Part shown: one piece after another, positions 11,101-24,037 of the stretch
Position numbering within the stretch: position 1 is the stretch's first letter
How the letters are laid out: each line of letters opens with the position of its first letter
The notes under the pieces: model-generated
The model's input: only the letters and a program-made list of their open reading frames with translations
Told to the model about the DNA's origin: nothing
The model's database searches: none
NCBI RefSeq assembly: GCF_000002075.1
Contig: NW_004798067.1
Location: 173,110-234,851 of the forward strand
Direction of reading: 5' to 3'
Origin: Aplysia californica
Taxonomy: Eukaryota
Length of the DNA: 61,742 nt
Program-made: the position numbers and the translations under genes

Positions 11101-14100
11101 CAGGAAACAGAAAGAGGTCAGGGACGTCTGTATGCCTCTGGCTGTCTGTTGTATCACATATGTTCGTAATAATCTGTGTATATTAACTGATTCATTATCA
11201 TCATCATCATTGCCTTTCTCACCCTACACCAGGGTATAGGCCATGGACAAACACCTTCCACTTTTCTCTATCCTGGGCTAGCCTCTTGATGTTATTCCAT
11301 ATCTTCCTACTTTTCTGTACATCGATTTCTGTGATTCTTCTCCAGGTACCACTCGGTCTTCCCCTTGATCTCTTACCCTGTGGATTCCAATCCAAAACTT
11401 TCTTTGTTATGCAGCTGATTCAGCTGGCTGATAATTCTGTTAACTCATTCGCTACGTATTATTTTCCGCTTGTGGACGATTTTTTTTCGGGAGGGCGAAA
11501 TGACATGATGACTAGTGCGAAGTTCACAGGTCTTGGGGGCCATAAATTCAAATAAATATCAACATATTATATACCAACATTTTCAGTATGGTTTGTAGAA
11601 TACATCTGTATTGTTTATTTTGAGTATTTTTCAACTTTGGTTCCTGTAAGAGTCGATTATGCAACACAATTGTGATTGGCTGTGGATAAAATTTGAAAAC
11701 AAAAAATTTATAATCTCAGATGAAACTCAAAAAATATGTTTGCACCTAGTCAAATTATACATCAAAATAACCATAACTGTATATAGAACAGGAAATATAT
11801 TGAAAAATGAGCAGTTATTTACATGCATTCCATAATATTTGTACATTTGGATCATAACCTCCGATATTGAAACAAAAAAAATTTATAATTATTTTGAAAA
11901 AAGGATCCCAAGCAGAAAAAAACACTCGTATCTTATATGGAATTATTCAGAATTGCATTTGGAATAAACCTATACATGTCTTGGGTGGTACTTTTTGAGT
12001 AAATTCACCAAAAAGTAGTGATTTTGGGGAGAAAAAAAATATTTTGACTATTTAGATCTAGGCCTAGATCTCGCTCTCAAAAATATTGATTTCTCAATTA
12101 CAGTGCACTGGCAATTTGAGTCCAGTAGTATCAATATTATAAAGAAGAGTCCTACACTTCTTTAGTGAGCAAAATAATTATACATTTTGTTGTGTAAAAG
12201 TGCTAAGACTGGTGTCTGGGCTATAATTTGGGCTTCGCGATAAAACAATGTTGTATAAACTTCGAAATCGTGTTTCAAAACTGAATCAAAACTTCCGATT
12301 TTCGGTGGAAACGCTTGACCCGGAAGTCAACTTTATATTATGACCTTTATTTTAACATGGATATGTGGATTGAAAAAGAAACCAAGCTAAAATTGAAGTC
12401 GGTTCTTGAGCCGCCAGGGGTGGCTTAGAGTACTGACGGCACTTTCGCCGAGCCGCCCGCCACGGCTCGGCGTAGTGAATGAGTTAATGGGTTTGGTGAA
12501 GGAGAACTCATGGAGAGAAAAAGTAAATCCACAAAGAGAAATGAGAGGGGAGCAGGAAAGAAATGGGAAGTTCCCATCGTACCGTCATAGCTCCATCATA
12601 TGTATACACGAAGCTGAAAGGACACAGGAAAATAACTCCCCCATAGACTCAAGATTTCTGCTCAAACAACTAGCAGCAGGAACCTCAATGCCTTATCTCT
12701 TGCAAGCCGCTCACGACGGCTCTAGGTCGGAACCGCTGTGCTAGTGAGTCGCTGGCAGCAGCTCGAGCACATACTTTTATGACGACTTCAACATCAAATT
12801 ACTTTTCAGTCATCACAGAAAACAGGTCTCTTTTACCGTGGGTTCATTCATTAGACAAAAAACTATCAAAATAAGTTCACTTGTTCTGATTTCATAACCA
12901 CTTTAGTGACACATTTGTCCATTTTAGATTTTGTACCAAAAAAGGGGCCCGGCATAATGGATTTACCCCCTCAGAGATAAAGAGTTAAAGTGCAAACTCC
13001 CACGCCTTTCATCATTCTATCATAATTTGTCAAGATTCAACTACATTTGCAGGAATGAAACTTTTTAAAAAATGACTTTTATATCAATTGTTAAAGTTTT
13101 GGTCTTTTTTCTTCTCTATAGTTGAAGGCGGAGCAAGATAGAAAGAAAAGGGAGAAATGGGAGAAAGAGGAACGTGAAAGAGAGAAAAATGCTGCCCCTC
13201 CAACCCCTCCTACTCCCACAACCCCTCCAGAATTCTCCTTCAACAGTTTGGACAAAGGGCTTGAGGAGAAGGAAAGGGAAGACCGACGCCGGAGGGAAGA
13301 AGAGGATAGAAAGTGGAGGGAGAGACAGGAAGAGGAGTCTCGTTTGAAGGAGGACCTGAATAGGAAGAGAAGGGTAAGACTGAGACTGAGTGCTTGATGA
13401 AGTACAATGCAATCCTGATAAATCAAAAGCACAGTAACCACTGTTTTTTACGGGTTAAAAAAAAAAAGTGTTTTTACACCTTTATCAACAAAGTTTCGAT
13501 TATTCAGGAGGCAGGCCTCAAGCCTTCCAGTCAGGGACAACCCAGGCTGAGAGGGATACAACATCCTAGCAGAAAAACCGAGATACTTGATAAGAATTCT
13601 CCTCACTCTGGAATCAAGCTCAGGTCTCCTGCATGTAACTCAGCTTCTTATTTCTATGATTGATTACCATCCTTTGTTTATTGTGTTACCTGTAGATCAT
13701 TACTTCCGTCTTCCTTTTTTAGATCTGTTTTGCAGTTGGGGGGTTGTAGAAAAAGCACTAGGTACAAATCGGAAAGATGGATAGAAAGAACAAATAAATA
13801 AGAAAAAAGTTGAATCTCACTGCTACACCAAAGACACTGATGTAACGATTATGATTGGAGAAATGTGAGTGAATGTATGAGAACAGTGAGGAAAGAAACA
13901 AAAATCCTATGTGACTGATACCAGTTGATGTGCCTCATTACTTGTAGTACCATCAGAAAGCCATGTAGAATTTTACAAACCACGCTTGTCAATGTAGGAG
14001 CCTATACCCCAGGAGTGCATGTGTAGGCAATTTCAGGTTGTACTTTTGTTTGACTTCAGCTTCAGTCAACATGTGTGTGAGAACTTTCCTCACTGTTGTG

Positions 14101-14195
14101 TTGTGTGTGTGTGTGTGTGTATGTGTGTGTGTGTATGTGTGTTTACGTGTTGTGTGAGTGTGTGTGTAAGTGTGTTGTGTGTGCGTATGTGTGTA

Positions 14196-14232
<37 letters not shown>

Positions 14233-16124
14233 TTGTGTGTATGAGAACTTTCCCCATTGTAGTGTGTTTGCCATGTTATTCAGCACAGCAACTCTTTCCA
14301 CCTCATCAAAGATTGTATGTAGATGGTAGGCAGGTTATCTGGTGTGGTTTGTTCCTTCTTTCTTATCAGACATCTGTCGTCCTCATCTCTCCTCCTTCTT
14401 TTTTTTTGTTTGTTACGTTTTAGTGATACCTCTAATCTCCGGCCCTTTTATGTTATGACTTATTTGTGTTTAATGTGCCTGATATTCTCTGAAAACTAAA
14501 TTCACAAGAGGGTTCTTGAAATTGGGTTGTATAGGGAATTTTTCAAGCTCTTCATCCACTCTGTTCAGTCCTATCAGAGATACACTTTACATCTTGAGGT
14601 CCCGCTTACAGGTAGTATGTAGAAACATGCAGTGTTGACAAAGGTGGTACATTCATACAATTACCAGTGTTGAAAAAGATTTAGAGTCTATAACAAAAGG
14701 CAGTAATTTAGGAGAGGAAGGGACTGTTCACAAGTGAAGTCAGCTTTCATTTCTTTTTTTCCCCAACCTTTTAGAGCATCGTGGTCGACGTCAACTTTGT
14801 AAGGACCCCCGTCAACTTTTGTCAACTATTCACTGACTAACCCCACCCCCACCCCCCCAGGCTGAGCTGACATCATTTGTGAATGGCTCCGAACTGACAA
14901 AAGCTAGCAATTAATTCTCTTCATTTAAATGGTTTATGTTTTATGCTCTGAAAAATATTTATTGTTTGTTTTCTCTTACAGGATCTTGAACGGAGGCAGG
15001 AAGAAAACAGAAAGAGAGAAATGGAGGATCGAGTCAGGAGAGATAAAGAAGAAAACGAAAGGGCGGAGAGGGAAAGAAAAAACAAGGAGGAAAAAGAAAA
15101 GAAAGAAAGAGAGGAGAGGGAACGTAGAGAAGAGCAGGAGAGAAAAGAGCAATTGGAAAGAGAAAGAAGAGAGAAGGAAAAGTTAGAACAGGAGAGAAGG
15201 ATTGAGCAAGAAAGAAAGAAGTTGGAAAACGACCCATCGATACAAGAAGAACGCAGAAAGAAGGATGAACTTTTGCGAAAACTGCAAGCCATGGATGAGC
15301 TGGGGAGTGCGGGGACAAAGCCAGAGCCACAAAACACGTCTCCCGTGAACCGCAGAAGCAAGGAGAACTCGAGGGGTGGGAGTATTGGCGACGGCTATGA
15401 CAGCCCCAGCAGGCGCAGTGACCGCAAGGAGTACTCGTTCACCAAACCCATCAACAACTTGCATCAGGGAAAGCCGGCGCATGAAGACGTGTCTGTGGGC
15501 TACATCGACCGACAGAGGAACAGGCGGCAGGCATCAAAGGATGACGATGAAGTAGGGGGCTACCAACCGTCGTTTGGACCAGCGAGAAGTGTTGCTTCGA
15601 AACCCACCGGTACCTCGAAGCCAATGTCCATTTTCGATGACGATGAGCCAATGTTCAAACTGGAGAACAACAATCTTGTCAACAAAACTACTGGCCCCGC
15701 AGCAAGGCCAGAGAAGAAATCGACCAATCTGTTGGAAAATTTGTTTGGACCCCAGGCGACCAACAGCAATAAGGAAAATTCCAGTAAAAAGCTGGAAGAA
15801 AACGAAACGTTTTTCGTCACCAACCGCTCCCCGCCACCGCAAAACAACAAACGTGGTAATGCCACCATCTCGTCGTTCCCGTGGGACTCCTCGCCGAGCA
15901 ATACCAAGGTCAACGGCACCCACAAGACATTTGCACCAGAGCGAAATGGTTCTCAAACACTTTTCGGTGGAGGGGCAGCTCTCATTGAAGACGACTTCTC
16001 TCCTGCGGGGAACAGGATGATGCCTAGACGGAGACAGCAGCAGAACATCAACACGTTCTCCACCAAGCCCTCTGTGACAGCGGTGGATAATTTTGACGAC
16101 GAGATCGAGGAAGTGGTTTTATGA
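3734..16124 (+). CDS. LCA5: Lebercilin (LCA5/LCA5L family) ciliary coiled-coil protein, 5' part outside window
   Basis: Exons 3734-3885, 4836-5049, 6090-6227, 10931-11116, 13122-13373 and 14982-16124, all GT-AG and in frame. Lebercilin-domain matches: ENRLYKKMQFRQEKALKTFEEKENDL..HNNEV, ERDELSRKL, LKEKEKALEQTNIYSNR (human LCA5 [42 protein letters not shown]). C-terminus DDEIEEVVL resembles the LCA5 end. AATAAA at 16161-16166. Confidence 0.92.
3880..4440 (+). repeat. GTCAGT-rich tandem repeat starting at the LCA5 exon donor, with a ~115-125 bp higher-order unit after ~4085
   Basis: Donor AG|GTCAGT at 3885/3886 is followed by dozens of GTCAGT(G/T) motifs; TAAGTATGGT...GAGCTATTTCTTTAG blocks repeat three times. 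Confidence 0.9.
5058..5123. repeat. (GA)n microsatellite
   Basis: Direct inspection. Confidence 0.95.
5190..5542 (-). mobile_element. MITE family A copy (imperfect TIR GTGGAATCAGGCTCTCGTCA)
   Basis: Reverse-orientation match to copies at 46278-46706, 53853-54256 and 60037-60508. Confidence 0.7.
7542..7887 (+). mobile_element. tRNA-derived SINE (CORE-like centre, LINE-like 3' tail)
   Basis: Pol III A box TGGCCTAGTGG (~7550), B box GGTCGAATCC (~7595), TGTGTCCTTGGGAAAGGCACTTTA...AATGGGTAC centre, and GTAAAGCGC...GCGCTATACAAAT(TAT)n tail. Homologous copies at ~35786-36138 and ~45757-46092. Confidence 0.85.
7935..8586. mobile_element. Non-autonomous DNA transposon (MITE), TA-flanked
   Basis: TIR ACTATAGTGCGGTCTAAAATTTGTG vs rc of right end ACTATGGTGCGGTCAAAAAATCGTG; TA on both sides (Tc1/mariner-like). 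Confidence 0.75.
9673..10301. mobile_element. piggyBac-like non-autonomous element
   Basis: TAAA|CCCTTTTAGCCCT ... AGGGTTTAAAGGG|TTAA: CCC/GGG termini with a degenerate TTAA TSD. Confidence 0.6.
11192..11420 (-). mobile_element. RTE-clade LINE 3' end fragment
   Basis: Minus strand reads KKVLDWNPQGKRSRGRPSGTWRR...LAQDREKWKVFVHGLYPGVG*, followed by a (GAT)n tail. Confidence 0.85.
11444..12483. mobile_element. TTAA-specific non-autonomous DNA transposon (piggyBac-like)
   Basis: TTAA|CTCATTCGCTACG ... CGTAGTGAATGAG|TTAA: 13-bp TIR with one mismatch and a perfect TTAA TSD. Confidence 0.8.
14094..14245. repeat. Degenerate (GT)n microsatellite
   Basis: Direct inspection. Confidence 0.95.
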
Positions 16125-16414
16125 GAACTTTCGCCGTCTTAGACTTGGAAGTTGTTGACAAATAAATGCACACTTGTGATAGCTGTACATATCAAAATAC
16201 GACCAAAGGCAGACCCGTTGGTATGTGACTCTGACAGGCGAGAAAACATGATATTTTGTTGGGTGGTTGTTTATTATTTTGCATACAGATATGGATGTAT
16301 GAGTGGGTGTATGTGCCCTTGTCACATTTTTATTTATTCTATTGGCTGTATAAAAACCCTTGGTCCTTTTCTTCTTTGTTTATTGTGAGGATCAAGCCAG
16401 AAACAGGTATTCAG

Positions 16415-16705
16415 TAAGAGGTTAGCTTCTACTGTTGTCAGTCGTTGAAGAGAGAGCTTGTGTATACAAGCCATGGAGATTACCTTCTGCTCTTATTTGC
16501 CAGTCTCAGAAAAGAAAGCCATGGAGGCTAGTTTCTCCTGGTTTTTGTTAGTCTTAGAAGAGAGAGCCTGTGCATACAATCCATGGAGGTTAGTTCTTGC
16601 TGTTATTTGTCAGTCATAGAAGAAAGAGCCTGTATACAAGTCCTGCAGGTTAGTTCCTGCTGTTATTTGTCAGTCTTAGAAGAGGTACACAAGCCATGGA
16701 TAGAT
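16415..16705 (+). repeat. ~55-60 bp minisatellite downstream of the LCA5 stop
   Basis: GTCAGTCTTAGAAGAGAGAGCC...AAGCCATGGAGGTTAGTT unit repeated about five times. Confidence 0.8.
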
Positions 16706-17855
16706 TCCCTTCACAAGGTTGATACCTCGTGATGTGCAGGGTTTATTTAGGGAAGTGATGCGTCTATGGTTTGTCAAGTATTTCTTGTTTTCTTTTCTTG
16801 TCTTTTGGTGCCTAGTAATACATAGAGGGAAGCCACAGTACCTCTCTCTCTATGTCTCTGCTGGCTGCTGTCTGTTCAGCCCTTTTACAGCTGTCAATCT
16901 TCCACACATTTATTTCATTATGTTCCCAAGCAGTTAATGAGGTCTTGTATATTTGAGGGCATGACTTTTTTTTTTTTGGCTAATAAAGGTTCATAAACAA
17001 CTTTTTAAAAAAATATTAATGCAGCAGAAAATGACACGAAAGGCAGTAGGTTATATGTCAGAAATTTAATTAGGCACACTTTCGTAAAAATAAACCAAAA
17101 TGTTATTTCGATTATCACATTTGATTTTCGGAAGTGTCAGTTTGTGAGTTTCTGCTTCTTGTAGTTCTATTCTTTCTGTCTTTGTAGGACTTTTGCTATC
17201 TCTTGTGATTTCTGACAAGGTCTCTTGTTGTAGAATACTTCACCAAACATCGAGAAATATTTTCTCTCTGAGAAAGTCTGAGACGTTCCCGCAAGTGGAT
17301 ATTTTAGAGGATGCAACAATGTACGCAAACTTTTACTGTTATCTTACTACTGTACCACATGTTGTATGTTGGCATGATGAAGGCGGATATTTTTACTTGA
17401 GTCTCTTATGATTATGAACAAACAGTTAGTCCTTAATAAATACAGGGAACTTGAAGGCTGAGAGCAAAACATGTGAATGCAGTCCTCTATTGTATTGTAT
17501 TGAGTTGTGTTGTTTTGTTTTATATTGTATTGTTTTTCAGACTGAAGCATAAGCTCTGTGCCGTGACAGTAACAATAAAGCGAGTTTGGCGTTGTAATTT
17601 TAAAAACCTCGTTGTATCAGCCAGTTTGTTATTGATCTGATTTTTTAAGAGAAGAAGCTTAGAAGATCTAGCCAAAATATTTGAAAAATAGCAGTGGTGC
17701 AAAAAATTGAGTGTGCAGGGCAATTTTAAGGTCAGTATAGTTGTTGAATTTTTGTTCGTTTCACGAGATAGACATGCAGATGTTGTGAACTGTTTGTCGT
17801 TTCTTTTCTGTTTCTCAGCATAAGCCGTTTTCTGAGCAAACGTTTCCTGGTCAGG

Positions 17856-17955
17856 ATGGCACTGAGGAAAAGAAAATATCTCTCTCGTGAAACTAAACTA
17901 CATCGATGTTATGAGGGAAGTTGAAAAGGGGGCTCAGAAATAAAGTCAGGAACTG
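17856..17955 (+). mobile_element. Possible pogo/Tigger transposase N-terminal relic
   Basis: MALRKRKYLSRETKL/IDVMREVEKG resembles the CENP-B-type N-terminal HTH start (KRKxLSxExK...VExG); frameshifted and short. Confidence 0.35.
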
Positions 17956-18760
17956 TTATGAACTGAGCATTGCAGACTGATACAACCTGGATAGAAGTTT
18001 CTTGAGAAATAGACATCTTAAATTTTCACGTTTGTCTGACCATTTTCACTTAGACTACTTGCGAGTGGATTCATGGTAGCTGACCTTTGAACCCAACAAA
18101 TTCGTTGGATGCAAGGTTCACTGTGTTTTCACTGTATGTTTTTGTTACATGAAGAGAGGCATGTATAAACAGTTGGAAATTTTACTCATCGTCATTATCA
18201 CTGAATATGCTTCAAACACAGAGAAATATACAATGTAGCTGTTTTTGAGTCATTTCACTCAGCGTGTGGAGTCAAGAACACAGTATATTTATTTCTCCAT
18301 TCCTCTAGGGATGTGAGTACATTATTCACATGTTATAATAAAAGGGCTCACAGCCAATAAAGTTCAACTCAATACTTATGTCACAAAGTACCATTCCAGA
18401 TTTATTAAAAAAAACAATTTTTAAAATGATTTCCTTGCAATATTGTAGTTTTTAAAATCATAACTTTATTCGATTTTATAGGAAAAATAATCTTATTTTT
18501 TAAATTGTATTTTTACTGTTTTTAAATGTAGGCTATATGAAGATGTATGGACAATTGTAGTCACTTCTTGGTGAAAAATGTTATATGAGGAAAGAATCAA
18601 GAGTCTTGAGCAATTCATAAGATACAGTAAATGAAATATAAACTGTGGATGTTTTGTTTGCTGAACATTTGTATTGTGTGGTATGATTTGGAATTAAAAT
18701 TGATATATTTTTATTCAAAATTCATCACGGAAAAGCACAGGATTTCATAATTAAGTAGCG

Positions 18761-18796
<36 letters not shown>

Positions 18797-19970
18797 TATA
18801 TGTTTTTGGTGCTATACTATAATTGTTTTAAACGTTTCCAGCGCGCAGGGTTGTCCTTAACACTGAGCTTGGCCAGGTTATAAGTTATAGCTGTCCCTGT
18901 CACTTAACTTTGTGAATTGTCTCCACCAATATTTGTCTTTTCACAGGTTTCGATTGTTATGTGGTATATTTGTGTTTTCACAAGTTTCGAATGTTGTGTG
19001 ATATTTAGTGTCATAACGTACAGTGATTGTCCAGCTTTTTCTTTTGTCTTATGTGTGGCAGCTGCTTTCGATAAAACCTGAAGGGATATTGAAGAAGTAT
19101 TTATATTTTTTCTTATATCTGGGTCCTGATAAACAAAAAGGCTAAGTTAGTTAGATTTATGCTGTGTTTTACTGTATTATTATGTCAAAGTTTAGACTCC
19201 TCTAAAACTATCGGATAGAGATTTAAAGTAGTTTGAAAAGCCAGAGTTTAGAATTTTCAAGATCCGGACTTGAACCCAGGAAAGTGATATTCTGAAGCTG
19301 GTACTCTACTATTTCACTAGACAGTCTCCCACCTTCTCAGCGTGTGTGGTACTGTATTTATATTAATATTATCACTCTTACCTCCATGTTTGGGAACTGT
19401 GCGGACAAGACTCAGGGTTCTAGACCTTGACCTTGGCTGATTGCTCTATGCTGACCTCGATTTGTGTTCTCACTGGGTGTAAATACAACAAGGCTCGAAC
19501 CCGCATCCTTTGTTCTTGTCTCTTCTTATTCTTGCAGTGTGCATGTACTTTGCTGTGTACAATGAAGTCCCTCTCAAACTGAACATTGTTAACCCGAAAA
19601 CGGCAGTAAACTGAAAGAAAATAAAACTCCTTATTTTACGATACATATACATTCATTATGTATTTAAAAATCTACATGCAGCACATACATTGATGGAAAA
19701 ACAAGGATGAAGGATACATGTTCTTGCGTACAGGGGAACCGTCTTGACCAGTAAACTGTTGCTGCACTTCTATCGTTGATATACTGCGCTCTGAAATATT
19801 ATTTCATTTAGAAGTAGAAGGCTGACCATAATTTAGTAAGTCTATTGCATGCCTGATAACACCAGAAAGGGAAAAAAAGGCTGACTGCAACATAGAAGGA
19901 AAGTCGATTATATGTGGAGTATTTTCAGCTCATGTTGGCCCAGTTGGTTTAAGCAGCCTGCCCCCTAAAC

Positions 19971-20149
19971 CTGTCCCCGTCGTTTTATGCAAGAAAAATT
20001 CTGAAATTATGCAAACTGAGCCCAAAAATGTAAGATTATGCGATTCTGTTAATTTCAACAAAGAATGATAAAGGAAAATAATCAGAAATTATGCAAAAAA
20101 TGATCAAATTTTGCTAAATTATGCGGGGTGCATAAAACCACGGGGACAG
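19971..20149. mobile_element. 179-bp MITE with 21-bp TIR and apparent 6-bp TSD
   Basis: CTAAAC|CTGTCCCCGTCGTTTTATGCA ... TGCATAAAACCACGGGGACAG|CTAAAC. Confidence 0.8.
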
Positions 20150-20977
20150 CTAAACTGACTGAAATATTGTCAAAGGAGGCGTCAAACATTTCCAATCAAA
20201 TATTGATGTAGAATTTGCCTGTTGGATTTATGACGGATTGCTAAAAGGGCTAAGACTAAGAGCCAAAAAAGTTTCATCTACAGTGCCATAGAATACACAC
20301 GAAGAACTGAGGGTAAGGCTTGAGCAACAGTCAGGAAATGAAGAATGGTTTGGATAATAGGGTTAAAAGGCTGAAAGAGTTTGATTTAAAATCCCTTTCG
20401 AAACAGTGAGACCATTTTAGAGAGGAAAAGCATTGAGCATGGCCACTTGAGTGAAAAAAGGTTTCTACAGAGTTGAACGACAAATGCAATGTAATGAGTT
20501 TCACTTCTTTTTCGACCTCAGTGAACTTGTTTCAAGTCCGGCTTTTCTCGGCAAAGCAAAGGACACTTCTCAAACAACTGAAGTTCCTGGCACTGATGGG
20601 GTTTGAACCACAGGTTGTAGTGCACTAGCTACAAATCAATGTTATGCCATACATGTGACTGGAATACTGTGACAGGAATAAGTCTTTTTCATTTAAATAT
20701 GGTAATATAACTTGTGTACATATATATATGACTCCCTTCTTTGCCTTTGCAATCATGTGTTGCCGATTCTGTAAAAACAAAAACGTGCCTTTCACAATAT
20801 TCTTACACAACTCCAGTGATAAGTCATATCACTTCTTGTTCAAATGTCCATTATTCTCTTAAAACATCTGAGTGAGCAGTACACATTTTTTTTTATCTTA
20901 GACTACTTATTTTTGAGAACTGTGTCACAAATCTTGCATGTGAAATATGTGAGGCACAATATTCACAATTCATATTA

Positions 20978-21700
20978 CAGCGGTCTCCAGCTAATAGCAC
21001 GCTCATCAGGTGACAAGAAAAGCGTGCTCTAATCTGATGCGAACTTACAAATCAAATGGGAATAATCTAGAGTGAGTATTCTGTCAAATTTCATTAATTG
21101 GTGTGAACCAGCTCACAGTCACACCTGATCTCCTGTGACGGGCTGGCGACTGACTTTCCTCACTGCGTTGCTCTGTCCAACACCTTCCCTGCCCCAATAA
21201 GTCTTTTCTCCTTGGACAAGCGGCAACATCAAGTACAAGTAACAAAAGAGAGCATGTGGTGTTTGCTTCACTTTTGTCAGTTCCAAGCAAAATGAGTCAT
21301 TTTAGAATGACTGATCTGTTTCTAACAGAAGCACCACATTGCCGTAATAGCTGACAAAACGCCTTTTTCATTTTGGGGCCAAATTTTTTAATTAGCTAAA
21401 CCGAAAGCCTGATCACTTACCTTACTTGTGGGAAAAAAATCAAAGAGACACTGTGACTATTTAAAAAAATAAATTAGAATTCAAATTTCGGAAGAACTCT
21501 ATTTTTAAAAAGTTACGCTGCCAAAAACAACCTTTCTCGAAACTGCTGTGAATAAAAAAGGTGTTTTGTCAGCTTACAGCAGAGCAATGGTATTGCTAAT
21601 GCTATTAGTGCTATTGGACAGTTTGGAATGTGCACTTAGAATGACATTTATAGAGGAAAAATTTACTTTTATCCGACAGGCTATTAGCTGGAGACCACAG
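20978..21700. mobile_element. MITE with TA TSD
   Basis: TA|CAGCGGTCTCCAGCTAATAGC ... GCTATTAGCTGGAGACCACAG|TA. Confidence 0.8.
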
Positions 21701-22899
21701 TATCAACTATGACTAAATGTGGTTTACATCTCACCCATTCAATATGTGTTCCTTTATCATCGCTTTGAAGAACAATTTTTTGTTCATGCTTAATTTCTGC
21801 ATGCAAAATTCTTAAGACTGAAAAGTATAAATGAACTAATCATTGATTTATTTCAGTGTTGAAAATTTGTGAACTATGTTATGTCTACGATTTCTTATCA
21901 TGTAGTATCATAATAATATTCCGTTGTCTGAGGTTTTATCACTTTCCGTCCATATGTTGAAGAGATTCAGACTTCTACTTGTACTTGTAGTCATTGCACA
22001 GAGAATCAACTTTGTTTTATCATAACATTAATTGACTGAAATAACTTTTCGTTGTGAAGATTTTTTTTTTCTCACTGTGTTGATGTCTGTATATTTATTT
22101 AAACAGCATTATTATTTTTTCTTCACTGTGAACACATGGTACTCTGTTACTGCTGTAGATTATTATATTCAAATCAGCAGTTGGGACAACACAAAAATGG
22201 GAACCGGAACTTATACCGTACAACGGTATGAAATGTACTAGATTTCTGGGGTAAATAACAGCCTATTGTCGCCTGAGTACAACAACCCTGTAACCCACAC
22301 TATGTCAAAAAACTTCTTTTTTTTTTCTACTAAATGTAACGTTGCGGATTTTGTGTCGAATTTTAAGATATAAAATGTAGCTTAATAAACATCGCCAGTG
22401 CAACATTCCAACTTAAGTTTTTTTCCGTCTTCTGTAAAATTTTGTTTTTGTGTGATACAGGGTTGTAGTACTCGGACGACGGTATGTCTGTGGGCACAAG
22501 TGAAATTGTTAACTGACGATTGACTGCTTTCTTTCCAGTCAGTTGCCCGCACTTTCATTGGAAAAGTGGCGCAAGTTTGCTTTAGGACCCTGTCTTTTAA
22601 AAAATGTAAGGAACAGTTTTTAAAAATGTTTTTCTGCTGTTTTTTTATTAAATCTTTTATTCTGTGCGAGACCAATATATTTACGTGACTATATAAGGAT
22701 AATCAAGTCTCTTCATTTGTTTTACTCACTACTCATGTGTCAAGAAGGGACTGCTTATTTACTCAAATGTAGATTTCACCATTCTCTTTTTTTTTTTTTA
22801 CTTATTTTTTGTCTCCTGAAAAAAGTCCAAATATTATTTCTCTACATTAAATCTTAATGTTAGTTACCCTATCAATTTTGTGCGTTATTTCTCCAAATA

Positions 22900-23074
22900 C
22901 AGTATAACACGGATAGCTTGAATACGTTGGGACTGGTCTCAGTAGTTTGAGGGATCCGTAGTTCACGGGATATCTTACAAAGATAAAGAAGGGGGAAAAA
23001 AAACGGACAACAGGCACAGTTCGACGGATGCATGATTTCGAGTCTTCTGTGTTCAACCTATCTGTGTTATACTG
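22900..23074 (+). mobile_element. MITE family B (pogo/Tigger-like, TIR CAGTATAACACGGATAG, TA TSD)
   Basis: TIRs and TA flanks visible; homologous copies at 23857-24037, ~45371-45532 (-), ~61064-61223 and a partial at ~29586-29635. Confidence 0.85.
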
Positions 23075-23856
23075 TAGTTTAATTATAAATGTAAAGAATA
23101 GATTATCTCCAATGCTCAGTATAAGTGTAAGACACCGTCAGACGTCACTATTCCAAAAGGCGTGTGGCAGAGTGTTGCACTAAGCAGCCAGAACAAACGT
23201 TCAATTTCTTCTTATCTTTATCTACGATGCACCAACTTCACCACGCAGAGCTGGGTTACACATCACGGTATCTTTGGGACAATAAAGTATCATCTTATCT
23301 ATACCTTACCATGTCTCATCTCATCTTATCTTAATAGCTGTTGTTACAATCTAGGCCAACTTTTGTCATATGGATTGTAGTGTAGGCAAAGGAGCTTGCT
23401 TGAAAGCCCCATCTCAACAGTATGTGGTGATGCAAGTGACCAAACAGCACAACACCGCTAGTGGAGCCCTCTTATTTTACACTTGCTATTTCTCTGTTCC
23501 TTTTGCCTTTTTTTCTCTTGACCTTGAACTGAACAACTGTGATAAATGTGTCAGTGTACTTCTTCTTTTTTTATAACTCTCAAGTTTTGAGTTTGAGGTA
23601 CTCATCTGAATCATGGGCAAGCTTCAACTTCAACACAGACAAAAGCTAATACTATCCCGCAACTTTCATCAATTTTCTTCTGATTCATTTTCTTTTTGAT
23701 CTAAAGAAAACAAAAATATTCATGGTATGAGTATTATTATTACACATGTTTTATTAAGAAATCAGTTTCAACATGAACATGATAAAACATATAGGCAAAC
23801 AATGTCTTCATTCACACATGACACGGATATAAGAACATTTTGCTCTCAACTCTATA

Positions 23857-24037
23857 CAGTATAACACAGATAGCTCCAATTTTCCGGGACCAGCCTCAGT
23901 AATTTGAGGGATCCGTAGTTGTTCGAGGGATATCTTACAAAGAAAAAGAAGAAAAAAACAACAAATGGGACCACAGGAACAGTTCGAGGGATGCATGATT
24001 CCAAGTCTTCTGTGTTCGACCTATCCGTGTTATACTG
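23857..24037 (+). mobile_element. MITE family B copy
   Basis: TA|CAGTATAACACAGATAG ... CTATCCGTGTTATACTG|TA. Confidence 0.85.

Noticed and set aside
14019-14423. Cys/Val-rich ORFs (also His/Thr-rich ORFs at 41515-42191)
   Set aside because: Translations of (GT)n and (CA)n microsatellites and N gaps.
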